From: Ostrea edulis
Taxonomy: Eukaryota
Direction of reading: 5' to 3'
NCBI RefSeq assembly: GCF_947568905.1
Contig: NC_079170.1
Location: forward strand, 20,398,001 to 20,462,000
Length of the DNA stretch: 64,000 nucleotides
Below the pieces are notes generated by a model. It worked only from the letters and a program-made list of their open reading frames with translations, was not told where the DNA came from and searched no databases. This document shows, piece after piece, positions 1 to 13,000 of this stretch (position 1 is the first letter of the stretch; each line of letters begins with the position of its first letter). Position numbers and translations under genes: made by a program.

Positions 1-1461
1 ATGAAACCTGACTATACTAGGGAGTAAATCCCACTATATACATGTAACCAGATTTTTGGGGTCAAAGACACATTGTGAAGACATTTTTGGGGGTATTATA
101 TGACCAGCAGTCCAAGGGAATGTTGGTTAGCGAAAGAGGCTGCTAGACAGTGCTGGCTGTCTTAGTCATGTTATGAATTGATCACTGTTCGTTATCGTCA
201 CCGTTCAATGGGTAATTAACCAACAAAGCTCTTGTTACCACACTGAGCAGTCGTCGGTCTAAATTCGAGTGAGAAATGACTGCACTGCGAACTTTCATCT
301 TTGCTTCCATGAGACCCGGTCATTTGTTTCACCCAGTGTACATAGTAAAGAAAACAATACAGTGCTGAATTGAATTTCTCGTAAGCTGAAAACCAGATTT
401 AGGCGAACAGCTTCAGGGCACCCTCAATCAGTTCTTCAATCATTCAACAGCTTTATCCCCAATCTTAAATCTATAAACATTTTAAAGCTTCCGTACTAGA
501 TTTGTAAGACTCATCCTGAGAAATTCCCATTTTGCATCAATGTACTTTAGAATGACAATAATTGTTTCAATGACTTTTGATTTTCCAGGTTGACACATAT
601 TTGCGTACCAGATAATTTCATCAAAAGCAATATGCATTTGGGAAGACCTTAATTCCCTAAGCTCTTAGAAGCTTCAGTATCAGATGCTAAAGCCCCAGTG
701 TGAGAACTTCCAAACATAGTATGTTGAAAAGTTGTTTCCATGGCATGATGCCCTTCTTAAAATACTATGGTGTAAATTTTTCTACCTTCATCTTCTCCTG
801 TGGTAAGCCCTTAACATTTCTTGCATGATCTATGACCTTTTAAACATTGTATGCATGACATGTTAAGGGCTTGCCACAAGGAATATATATGCAATTATGA
901 AGGGATTACTTGAAATAGTCAAGGATGTTTTAAACAGGTGTTCTTGAATGTTAAACACCAAGGTCACCTGGTTAAAAAGTTTGGTACGAAATTAAGGAAT
1001 TTGTAAATGAGATATGCGACCCCTATCACTCACCATTCATACGTTATGACACATATTGAAATTTCTGACAGAGCGATAGAAAAAACAACATATATATATA
1101 CCCGTACTATAATAGCAGGGATACAAAAAACTTGAATCTATACAACGTGGAAAAAGTTTGACAGACAGCAATGCTCTTAATTGTAAAACTCGTGCACAAT
1201 TACTACATGTGATCATTGATTTACGTACAATTGTTCTTGATATCAACTATCGACAGACAAATATGTTTTCTTTGTCACGTCTTCTTTTCGTCAAATTTAT
1301 CACACTTTCATATTCTCTAGCACCATTGCTTCAATTTCAACGAAACTTGGCACACGCTATCCCTATGTATAGGAATTTCAAGTGTGTACAAAGGAAGAAA
1401 CACCTTCGCTTCCTAAGGGAGACATTCAAGAAAAGGGAAATGTGAAAGGTAATGAAAGATA

Positions 1462-1978
1462 ATGAAAGGTGGAGATAACTAACAGTGACCAATATCATTA
1501 CTCCTAAAAGGAATGAAAAATAGAGAATTGGGCAAACATAGACCCCTGAATATACCAAGAGATGGAATCCGGTGCCTAGGAGGACGGATCATTCCCTGTT
1601 GACCGGTCAAACCACCAGTTGGCCCCATCTCTTGATCAGGTAAACAGTGTAATCCGCAGTCAAATCAGTGTGCCAAGAACGGCCTAACAATCGGTATGAA
1701 ACACGTCAGACAGCATTTGACCCAATGATAGGCTGCATGGTAAACTAGATCATTATAACGGCCATAGAATTTGTGAAATGCTGACTTCTATCGATATTGT
1801 TTAAACCCCTATAACATCAATCTGTTTGCAAGTAACGTGTTTCGATTTAAAAACTTATCATACATATAACAAGTTCTTGTGTATTGAATCAGTTGAGATA
1901 ATGTAATATCGCAGCATAAAAATGGGAAGTTGACGATGGAAAAGTTCATCTCGTTTGTCATAAGGATGTGTCGAGTCG
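1462..1978 (-). mobile_element. Penelope-like (Naiad-type) retroelement 3' fragment
   Basis: Degenerate match to the RT C-terminus and 3' UTR of the best copy at 19851-20885; the duplicated counterpart is at 59165-59690. Confidence 0.85.
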
Positions 1979-2894
1979 ACATATTTAGCAGGGAATTAGT
2001 TTGAATAATTATAATTTTGCCTGTAATTTATCCTTCGGTGCCAGTTGATGTAAAATTCATGTGATAAAGCTATGTACTGAAGGATAAAATAAGAATTGGT
2101 ATACTGTCTGATAAGATAAAATACCAGAACAAAGTGTATAACGAGCATCTAGAAACTTGTCACTTTGCGCAACATTTAGCCTAAATATGACGGAAACTGA
2201 AAAAGACTTTGACGGGGATGAAGATATGATATTATGCCGAACTAACGAAGGGGTAAATTATGATTCTGATAGTAGTGACGATAATATACGCCTAGTAAAT
2301 TCTCACACAGAACATTAGATATGACGGAACACCCGACAACACAGACAACGTGAATACCAATATAAAATCAGCAAAAGCCACCGAGGACAACAAATCAGCA
2401 AAGTACATCATGAACATAACAGAATCAGCGAATGGCACACGAAGAACACATAATCAGCGAAAGACATCATAGAGAGCTCAGCAACAGGCATGTAATGTAT
2501 TTCTCAAACGGAATATCGTAACCATTAGTTCGTATCAGATCTCTGATTGAGAGTTGCAAAATATGTATGTCTGTTTACTTTCTGCTTTTCATTTTACGCT
2601 GCATGCGTTATTACTTTGCTTCTATGTTTTAAGTTTAGTTTAATTTAGCCCATTTGTGATATGTTTCCATGCGATAGTTTAGTTAACCAAGTCAACTTGG
2701 GATATATTGTCTCTGTTTTCTTGTTGTATAGTCTATTGTCCACCAATATGTGATATTGTTCTATAAATATATAAATTAATATCAATCAATAGCAACTAAG
2801 AATATTTATTTTAGACAGCAAGACATTTCTATTCAAAACTTTTTCTAGCCAGATTTCTTTAAAATGTTACTCTCACATGGAATCGAAACAGTTT

Positions 2895-3290
2895 TAGAAT
2901 CGAGAAAGGCTGCTAACAAACACGTTGATGGTACATTTCAACAATCTCATTTCGCAAATTATATGGTTACTATATTGATCTAGTTTGTCAATAAAAACTA
3001 TCATTGGGTCAAGTGCTATCTGAAGTGTTTCATGCTAATTGTAAGTCTTTTCTTGGCACACTGTTTTGACTTCGGATTACTTCGCTTACCTGATCGAGAT
3101 ATAGTGCTCTCGACGGGTATCAAGATATATTGCTCTCGGCGGGTGTGACCGGTCGACTGGGAATGCTTACTCCTCCTATGTACCCGATCCCACCTCTGGA
3201 ATATCCAGAGGTCAGTGTTTGCGCAACTCGTTATATTGTATTCCTTATAGGAGTTATGAAATTGATCTGTGTTCGTTGTTTTCACCTGTC
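2895..3290 (+). mobile_element. Penelope-like 3' fragment
   Basis: ggcgggtgtgaccggtcga...atgcttactcctcct...gatcccacctctgg module preceded by degenerate RT tail; counterpart at 60545-60990. Confidence 0.85.
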
Positions 3291-4258
3291 TTAGATACAT
3301 GGTCTACTTAAGATTGACAGAGTGTTTCTGATCTAATCCAATTGTTGTTTCTCGTTATTTGCTATTTTTAAAATGTTCTATGTCGGTCAAGAAGCTCATT
3401 GGAGCTAATGTTTTATTATTGTTATGACATGCTGCGAGTGAGTCTCCTTACTTTTTAAAGTGGTAAATATTGGAATGGGTGTGTTTTATTTTGTATGCAC
3501 AAAGTAGAATATATGTTTTTGCTTGTTAGTAATGTTAATAAAGTAACAAAAATTAATTAAAACAAGACAATTTTTTTTTACTTTTTTCTCATTTTACGAC
3601 ATTCATGATGACGTTACGATTGTAAACAAACGCGAGCTCGAAGATACGCGCACTGTTCGATGTCTATTATAAAGCAGTCCAGAAACATACACATGTGATT
3701 CGTTGGAAGTAAAAGGAGAGTTATAGATCAGTCTGCATCCGATATTCTCACAAATGAGTTACAGGCAAAGAAAATGACTGACAAGTAGGCACAACCACAC
3801 ACATGGTGACACAGTACATGTACAGTACTGTAGATCTACATAGTGTCAGGCGAGAGGGGAGAATGGAAAAATGTTAGCAATGTGGTAACCGAATCAGAGG
3901 CTGCTGATATAGTATTGAATGAATTTGTGCTTCAATATATAAAAAAAAAATTAGTAAAAAATATCTACAAACTAAGTGGATTTGTACCTAAATTGATATG
4001 TGATCTTCCCGATCCCGCCTAGTCGGTTATGAGCGAATGTCGCTTCTAACATTCAATGTATCATTATCGAAGCATCATTTTGATTAAAAAATGTAATATA
4101 TATTATTGTTTTTAAAAATTGCCAACGTATACATCGAATTTAATTCATTAAAAAAAATTCAATGGGAAAAGGGGGTTTCTCCCATCTAGATAATTATGTG
4201 CACGAGCATACATTTCATGAACAGTAATTTATGCTTAATGAAATTAATAAATAACATT

Positions 4259-4383
4259 TTGCATAAGAAATTATTTAAGGAATGACTTTAATTCTGGGGC
4301 AAGCTGTACGAGTATAACCTTGTTTGGGTCAGTTTACGCTTTATAATCCCAGAATTAAAGTTATTCCTTATAACTTAATGCAA
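4259..4383. repeat. Inverted-repeat hairpin (fold-back/MITE-like)
   Basis: taaggaatgactttaattctggg (4276-4298) is nearly the reverse complement of cccagaattaaagttattcctta (4348-4370); outer ttgcat/atgcaa also pair. Confidence 0.7.
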
Positions 4384-6100
4384 GAGACGAAGATGCTAAC
4401 CTTCGCTTATCAAAATGTACATAAACTCGGAAAAATACAAGTCAACTAAGCCGCGCAATGATTTACTTAGCAACAGCGACACGAAGCGTCTAGCTGCGAA
4501 GCCGATGGTCGCAATATTTTATCTTAGTTCTACTGAGCCTAGCCATTTATCAAAATACTGTATCGAAAGTGAAGTTTATCATGATAGAAAATATGTGTAG
4601 ACTATCCATGTAATGCGTATTTCGCTGCCCGTTAGAGATAGAGATCGACTTTGAAGTCGCTCATCTCCGACAGATTTAGAAAATACGAGAAAATGCATTG
4701 TTTAGGCCTACCCAAAATAAATCTTCAAATATCAGAAAATGCAATAATGTATGGCTTTCAACTCTGTGGAAGCTTCTACTAGATGAAAACTTACCCTTGT
4801 ATGCAATGTTTTCGCTAATAGTAAATCCGACACAAGAAAATATGTAAGCAAGTAACAAATAGCAATCGATCCACATGTCAATGTGTCTGACGTCATGTGA
4901 TAAAATGTGACGTATGAATTTTTCTTTGCTTTGTTGAAAGACGGATCAAGAAATGAAACAACGCACCCCTCCTCCCTAGTAAGAAATGTATTTCAAAATG
5001 AACAGGGTAATGTTTACTTGGCAAATCATTAATTTGAATATAATATCTTTGTTTTAATCTATTAATAGTATTATTCGACCATACATGTTATACATGATAC
5101 AGAGTAAGATGTTTTACAAAAGTGATTTGCCTTTAAGTATTCCTATATGCTAATATTGACAACGAGAAAACAACATGTGTATGAAATTGAGGTATCTTAT
5201 TGTGCAAGTTGACTTTCTATTCCATAAAAGGCTGAAAACAGTGCTGCGATGTAAATTTAGAGAGAGAGAAAAAAAATAGTTCCGACATCTGGTTGTCAAG
5301 GGGGTGTGTCCCCATACCAAAAGAGGTTATACAGAAATAACTTGCTTTCCTCAATTGAATTTGACCAATCAGAGACAAGGATACAATAAGAATTAAATTA
5401 TTTTTGAGTAACAATTGTTGATCAAGGCATTACAAAAATAATCCCTGGCTAGACAAAAAATGGAGTTCGTTAAAGTTGGTGTATTAGCAGTCTGGTGGTA
5501 AACCTAATACAATCTTCTGTTCTATTTTAAGAATTTACAGTATTAATAGAAATTGAATTCAAATATTTGCTTTTTAGCTACATCCATTTGGTAACCACAG
5601 TGAGAGGGATGAGCCATGCTATCATATGAGCAACCATACCAGTTAGTGGAGATTTCTTCCTCGTGGCCACATGGAAGTTGACTGTTAAAAGTGTTTTCTT
5701 TATAATAACTCAAGTACTTTGTATTCTATTCAAATCAAATTTGGACATATGGATACGTAAAAGGAATGGAAGATGTCCTACGAAATTGGAAGTCAGAAGA
5801 TCAAAGATCACGGTCATAGTGCATGAAAATTAGAAAATGCTGATGCAGAGGCATATGTTTTACACATTGTTTAGTTATAAATTAATTAGCATTGTATATA
5901 TGCATATATTATTTATGTTTTATAACTATTTATCATATAATGAAGTGAATATATATTAGAATTTGTATTTTAAATTGAAGAATACACATTTTATAACAAA
6001 TCAAATATTGTTATTGTTTAGAATGTGTGCCAGTGTAAGAAGGGGGTGGGGAAACAAAATGACTCAAACATTTGTTCCAATGTACACTACCCCACAATTA

Positions 6101-6588
6101 TTTTTTTTTTTTTTGCACCAGATGCGCGTTTCGACAAATAATGTCTCTTCAGTGATGCTCAACCGAAATGTTTAAAATCCGAAATAACTATTAAGTTTTA
6201 GAGCTAAATATAGCCAAAAACAGCGTGCCAAAAAAGTGGAGCCAAATTCGTCCAAGGATAAGAGCTATGCATGAGGGATATAATCCTTAATTTTGAAATG
6301 AATTTCTAAATTTTATAACAGCAATTAAATATGCATCCGTATTTTCAAGCTAGTAACGAAGTACTTAATTACTGGGCTGTAGAGACCCTCGGGGACTAAC
6401 AGTCCACCAGCAGAGGCCTCGACCCAGGGGTCATAATGTAAAACTTATACGGTACCAATTTTGATGTACCAGATACGCATTTCGACAAATAATGTCTCTT
6501 CAGTGATGCTCAACCGAAATGTTTGAAATCCGAAATAACTATGAAGTTTTAGAGCTAAATATAGCCAAAATCAGCGTGCCAAAAAGTG
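6101..6588 (-). ncRNA. Retrozyme-like repeat: two type I hammerhead ribozyme cores 351 nt apart, ending in an A-tail
   Basis: Minus strand reads CTGAAGA-GACATTATTTGTC-GAAA-stem III-(TC) at ~6463-6510 and ~6115-6160; tcgac at 6131 and 6482 give a 351-bp period; T14 at 6101-6114. Stem I is not canonical. Confidence 0.7.
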
Positions 6589-6997
6589 TTGTTTTTTTAT
6601 GTTTAAATGTCTTTCTGTTAAAATGGTTTATCTAAAAAGTTTTATACTTGTGAAAAAATTCAAACCAGGAAAGAACTTCATTTTTAAAAAGCCTACCATA
6701 TTTTACATTATCTTATTATCCGTCGCGGTGCTGCGATAACTTGAGCAATATTTCATTAAACACATAACTATCGGATATAGCGAGTTAAAGGTCGTTTTTG
6801 AAAGTGGAAGAATTTGGGGGAGGGGACACAAAAAAGGTTGTCCTGATATTTGTCTGAAAATTCTTAGTTAGAAAGAAAGGCAGTTGTCCAAACACCATCA
6901 TCGTTAGGAGGTGTGTCCTTGAGCACATTCAGTACATAAGTTCATTCCATCTGTCCAACCTTGCATTACCACTACGATTCACCGCCATCATTAAAAG

Positions 6998-7288
6998 TTA
7001 GGTGTAGAAATGTGGTAATAACGTTACCAGTATTACACACGTCAAGATAAGTGGGAAAAGGAAGTAGGACCCCTCCCTCGTTGCTATATGTAAGTGTTTG
7101 GGGATTTATGATAATCAAGATACCATTTCGTAGCGGTCGATCTTTAGGTGTAGAAATGTGGTAATAACGTTACCAGTATTACACACGTCAAGAGAAGTGA
7201 GAAAAGGAAGTAGGACCCCTCCCTCGTTGCTATATGTAAGTGTTTGGGGATTTATGATAATCAAGATATCATTTCGTAGCGGTCGATT
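6998..7288 (+). repeat. Tandem duplication, 2 x ~146 bp
   Basis: ttaggtgtagaaatgtggtaataacg... at 6998 and 7144; only one partial unit at the equivalent site in duplication copy 2 (~61385-61455). Confidence 0.9.
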
Positions 7289-9101
7289 GATACAATGGCT
7301 CAAAAAATGTCACTAAGTAAATATTCGCATAGGGTAGAGGAAATAAGCGGCACTGCGAATATTTTGGTGCTGTCCTCTGCTACCAAACATCATAACATTA
7401 ACTTAAAAACACGTGCTTATGGTTCTAAGGTATTCCCTTGCGACATTCGGAAAAATAATCTACAGTCAAATATTAATGAATCGTCTTTAGCCAGAAGTAA
7501 TTGGTATATGGTGACGCATAATTTTTGTCATAGTCGCAATATATTCAGAATATATCCATGCGCTATAATTGTATCAGAATTCGTATTGGTGCGCATAACC
7601 AATTCAATACAAACTAGTTTTTTAAGCATGTGAAAATGATGTGTGAGCGTTTTGTATTGTACAGGTGGTAATAAATTCTATTTTTAGTTCAAACTTTACG
7701 TGTCTGAGTTCAAAATACTGCGCACCAATTTATGGATTTTACTGAAAACTAATAAAGTATGCATGTCTTACTAACCTTTGCACTAGAAAAAGCTAGAAAC
7801 CCCGACAAAATCCTCACTCTAACCTTTATACCTTTACGGTTAGATAGGACAGTCTTAGGTAGATCATATCGATTAACTCCATGTAACAATATTTTTCCAC
7901 TTATAATACTGGATACCTGGTGGAGATTCATATTTATCTTTTAAATGATTTCCTTGTTAAATACATGCAATTATACTATAAGTTTGCATCAGTATTCTTA
8001 TGATCGTTTACCGTAAAAGTATTGATGTGTTTTATTATGGCTATTATCTTGTGTGCATGTTTATGAGTATGTTTTTTGTATTTTCTATAATTTGTTTTAC
8101 TTCTATTTTTGAAATACTGATCTGTCAGAGAGCGACCCAGTTTTGCCTTGTGTTGAAATAAAAGAAACAAAACTTCTTTTCGGAAGAGCTTTAAAATTTT
8201 ATAGTTCCGATATCCCGTACTGATCAGTCACATCGTTGCTAAGCGGACTGTAAACACACTGCTATTCGCATTTTCACCTCGAATACACAGACGTGAAACT
8301 CTCCAATGTTTAGTGTAATAAAATTGATTAAAAATGTCAGCGGCGTTTGAGCGTAATTAAGCTCAACATATTAAGCTGATCATTTGAGTTAACTATATAG
8401 ATAAAAAAAATATTGATAAAAGCAAGGATGTTTGAGTCAGCTCCCATCTAGGAGTGTCCATGGGCTAAAATGTCGATAATTATTTTTCAGTTTTTCCAAT
8501 GCCGTACTTGCTGAGATATTATTCATAAATATTCTATCACAATTCCAGATGAGTTTCGGTTGGCTTACATCAACATAAGTGGCGAGAATATGATGAAAAT
8601 TTACGTAAAATAACGCACACATGAGAATTTTCTGAACAACATATTTTATCTATTTTGGAATATAAACAGTACGTCTTATTGAATTCTGTTTTTATTTCGA
8701 ATGTAAAAAAAACACCTTTATTTACAAACACAATTTTTAAACTTCATTTTACACTAGAAATTCTTAATATAGCAATCTTTTGCAGTTTTAACAATTTTAC
8801 CCATCGTGTATTCATGCTAAACCGCCTTCAACGACACTTATTTCAATGCCATATTTAGGGGACCGGTATACTATTAAGGTGGGCATAAATCGGTGTGTAT
8901 GGACAATATACAAAGCTTTGTGGGGCATCAGATACGCCTCTCACGATAAAGGCCTTTCACTAGAGAAGAAACATTTATATGTTCATTGGATGAGTAATGG
9001 GAAATATGATACTCTACACGGCGTTCATTTGCGTGACTTCACTCTGTTCTAAGTATCTACATGTAAATGACTGTTGTTGTAACATATTGCTCAAAATAAA
9101 T

Positions 9102-9107
9102 TATAAA
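9102..9107 (+). promoter_or_regulatory. Putative TATA box of C1q-domain gene
   Basis: TATAAA 55 nt before the ATG; the paralog has TATAAA at the same -55 position (63253). Confidence 0.6.
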
Positions 9108-9156
9108 TTCGACAAGATAGATAGTTTTACACAACTAGTGTTACACTAACGTCAAG

Positions 9157-9346
9157 ATGAAGACCGTGCTCGTTTCACTATTCCTATCATCTTTTTTATT
9201 TCTTTTTTTGTTTTGTCTTGTTAAAGGTGACAAACAGGGTGATGACAGACTGAAGGCCTTAACGTCTTTGATCTACAATAACGCGGAGGCCACAGTCAAA
9301 CTGGATTCTACAGCACTGATAAAACTCATCCAGTTATCGACGAAGG
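9157..9346 (+). CDS. Secreted C1q-domain-containing protein, exon 1 (signal peptide + short N-terminal segment)
   Basis: MKTVLVSLFLSSFLFLFLFCLVKG hydrophobic signal; phase-1 donor G|GTAGG at 9347 joins in frame to exon 2 (600 nt total, 199 aa). Confidence 0.85.
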
Positions 9347-11764
9347 GTAGGATATTGTTTTATTATGATTATTCCTTCATTTTCAATAAGAGTAGACATG
9401 TCACACAAGAAACAACCAAACCTAGGGAAGTTGCAATTGAAAGCTATTAAAATCGATGATGACCAGTCGTATCTGATGACACGTATGTGTGTGAAATATT
9501 GACGCCCTATGCACCTGTTCGCATGTGTCTGTTCGCTAAGATTCCATTAGCCACAATTCTCGTTGGCCCTATACCTCGTTCATCATGTATTACGTTGGGC
9601 CTATTGTATATAGACTATGTTAAAAGTTCTTTTGTTGTCTCTTATTTTGATTTATTGTTTTCTGTTTTTTTATTCATGTTTTGTCAATAGCAAATACCGA
9701 AACCCTTTTTTTCTGTACGTTCAATGAATAAATTGGTTAAAATTTTAATTCTGATTTTAATGTTTATTCAAGACGTAATTGGTTTGATTGTTGCTGATTT
9801 TGATACTGTTAATTATGTAATATTTTCCTTTCTTTTTTCCACGATTCTCGCTATATTTTGAAAACAATTAAAGAAATAGAGACGTTGATAGGTCCATTAC
9901 GGAGATGAGCAGGGAATGATCACCGGTTTTATATTTGAAGAATATGTTCTGCCGATCTAAAAATGAATCATTTCAATCATCAAAATAACTTAGATTCCCC
10001 TATATTAATTGTTTCTTGTAAATTAAATTTTCATGAACTTGACGTATAACTGACAATTAATTAGAAAAGATAGTTTTTATATTAGCCTGTATTCTAAAAT
10101 ATATTTTTCATAATGAACAATTTATTTTCAAAAATATAAAATTCTAAAATGTTACTTTTGACCAAAGTCATATCGGTCAGGTCAGTGAGGTCTTTAGCAG
10201 GACAGGTATCTAGTATGAACTTATTTTCTTATATACTGTGCACTGTACAAATGCAACGTACAGCAAATATCGTGAAAATTCAATGTTTTATATATTCACC
10301 ATAGAAAATAGTGCGAACGGACCTTGGGCAGAACGACGTCAAAGCAACGCTTTTTTAAGGGCAAACGAAAGTACAATGGACCACAGGTGAAAAAACATTG
10401 TCTGTGACCATTTTTCTAAATGTTCACGTGACCCCTGGGTTCCACGATTAAAGGAAATTATCCGTTTTCCACAACGAATGTGTCCTAGGTATTGTGATTC
10501 TAGATCTGAGAGAACATCTGCTAAAAACCAGAGACAATTTTTCTATGACAGTTCGCTTGACATTTGATCTCACAATCACTGGCAATGATCATTGTCTTAC
10601 GTATTCGTAACATTGGTTTAAGTGAATTATAAAGTTTGGTAAGGTTTAAAAAAGCCTTACCCAGACAGAAAGACGTATTTGACCTTTTCACACCAGAGAC
10701 ACAGGATGACTCTCAGTTCATGTACTCACATTCATAGAAATATTATTATTCTAGGATCAAATAACTGAAATACCATGATAGCTATCTTTCTTACATATCT
10801 TCCTACATGTATATACATTGAAGATGACTCGTCAATTTTTACTTGAACTTAACCTTTTGACCCAAAGTCCAACAGGAGCTATATCCATACCATTAAAAGA
10901 TCCTGCTTGAAGTAACATTTCTAGAAAAAAGAAAATAAGCTAAATTTGCGTTCCAGAGTTGTTTCCTTTATTGGTTTCCAGTGTCCTTTTGATGTAACCT
11001 TAGATCGACCTTCTGACCCCAAAACAGTAGAGTTGTCTTTGTGTTACATACTTTCATTTGTGCAATTCAAATTAATTCAACTCCAAGAAGTAATCATATG
11101 ACAGCTTATGGTATTTAAAAACTTTTTAATTTGACGGAGTTCTATACATTTCCGGAATATTGATTGCGGAAACATTTTAAAAATATTTAAAAATGCAATT
11201 AATCAGCTTGGTAGTTCTAAATCGGCTCCGAGTGATGGACGACCTTATGTTTATTTCTTGATTCACTATATTCTTTAAAACTTCAAGTTAGATATCATCT
11301 TATATCGTGTTTTAGAATTGTGGTCGTGTCTTAGCATTGCAAATATCAGTAGGTACAGTGTATGTGTGTTGCAAATTTGAAAAAAAAAATTATCAAACTT
11401 TCTCTACTGATAGTCAGTAGATAGAGTTGCTTAATGTTTATATCACCATAATATCTCATTTTCTGACAATGTTTAATGCCCTAAAAGTCCATAATGAGGC
11501 CATACTGACCTACGTTTAAATAATCCCTCCTAATTCATCAACTGACATTGTTTGATGGTTACACGCCGCAATGTGCTCCAGATATGATTAAAAATATAAA
11601 CAGACCGATAGACAAACCAATGCACGACATGCAAACCCAAATCATAACGCGGCTAGTCAAAAGACGGTGTAGAAGTACAGAACCATTTTATTGAATGCTA
11701 TAAATATCGCAATTTTTTGTCAGAGTTATTCAAGCAATAAATGCGAGCTATGGTTGTCTTTCAG

Positions 11765-12174
11765 GTACTTTTCCAAACCGAAAACAACGAGTGAGTTTTT
11801 CTGTTTATGTTAAATCAAAAGGCCTGACACTTAGAGATGGTCAGACAGCAATATACGACGGAATCCTGACGAATGATGGAAACGGATATGACGACAAAAC
11901 AGGAGTGTTCACGTGTCCTGTAGCGGGTACCTACATGTTTGTTGTCGATTGTCTCTCTCCTAAACCAACATGGATACATATTGTACTGAACAAGAAAGTC
12001 GTAGGATCTGTTCATATATCAACTGATAACCAAGGCGTATCTTGGCAGCAGTTAAGTAGAACCGTCATTGTAAAGGCAAGAAAAGGTGACCACGTTAAAG
12101 TAGCTAATGGTGGGAAACACGGCGTCATCCACATAGGCCACTACTCTGGTTTCTCTGGAACTTTACTGTACTGA
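11765..12174 (+). CDS. Secreted C1q-domain-containing protein, exon 2 (globular C1q domain)
   Basis: Acceptor gtctttcag| at 11764. Translation has gC1q hallmarks: VSFSV...YDGILTNDGNGYDDKTGVFTCPVAGTYMF...HIVLNKK...SRTVIVKARKGDHV...YSGFSGTLLY*. Confidence 0.92.
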
Positions 12175-12223
12175 AGAATTAATACATAAAAGAAATTGTA
12201 AATTACAATCATGAGATTTGTGT

Positions 12224-12229
12224 AATAAA
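12224..12229 (+). terminator. Putative polyadenylation signal of C1q gene
   Basis: AATAAA ~50 nt after the stop codon. Confidence 0.5.
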
Positions 12230-12589
12230 GGATAAAATGCATTGGGTGAAATCATGAATATTGTTACCTTTGTTACTGGTGAGGCTGGCTTACAAACGTC
12301 AATATCCTGTTTATTATCGATAATTAGAAAATGCTGAGATGTAGGCCTCCATGTTCATTATAGATATTATTCTCACGAATAATTCTGTATCCAAAGTAGA
12401 AATCTTGGAAAGGTTAAAAACGTAATTAAGTGTTAAAGATGTTCTGCAGAGTATTTCGTTTCCGTGAAGAAAATTTTTGAAATCACCTTTAAGACACACA
12501 CTGTGAACGTTCAATTCTGTTGGCCCAAACAGAGAAAAGTTTGATTGCATACTAATTCATTCTGACAAACGATCTTCTTAAACCTTACA

Positions 12590-13000
12590 AAGAATACAAA
12601 ATTGAGATAAGGACAAACACGGACACATGAAGACATCAGGCGGAATCTAGGGCCGAGGAGGAGCAAGCATAACCTCTTGAGCTATATAAGTAAATAGATT
12701 GATCCGAAGCAAATTCATCATGCAGAGAACTGCCTAGCAGTTAGTATGAAACACGTCAGGTAGAATTCATCCTAATGTTAGGATATATGATGTTGCATAT
12801 AACAACCACGGAATTTGAGAAATGTTCAGTTTAAACGATACCTTTGAGATGGATGGAAAAGTGTGTTTCGAGGTCGTGAATATATTTTATATTGTAAAAA
12901 AAGACAATGCCAAAATACATCTCTTCACTGAACTCTAGAAGGTTATCGGATATACAACTTCGACTCAGAAGACTAATATAAATACCATCGAAATCTTTGT
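12590..13000 (-). mobile_element. Highly degenerate Penelope-like fragment
   Basis: gacaaacacggac...gaggagcaagcat...gtatgaaacacgtcag resembles the family 3' module. Confidence 0.55.

Larger units (their letters stand above)
1..9455 (+). repeat. Segmental duplication, copy 1 (direct repeat of 56140-63620)
   Basis: Colinear similarity from atgaaacctgactatactag (1) vs atggaacctgactatattag (56140) through to C1q exon 1 and the start of its intron. Copy 1 has an extra ~3.25 kb at ~3435-6684 and a 146-bp tandem duplication; copy 2 has a 1.53-kb TTAA insertion. Confidence 0.95.

Noticed and set aside
9347-9450. ORF-track extension of 9157-9450, and GTG start at 11791
   Set aside because: Artifacts of an intron; splicing 9346/11765 gives one continuous 199-aa C1q protein.
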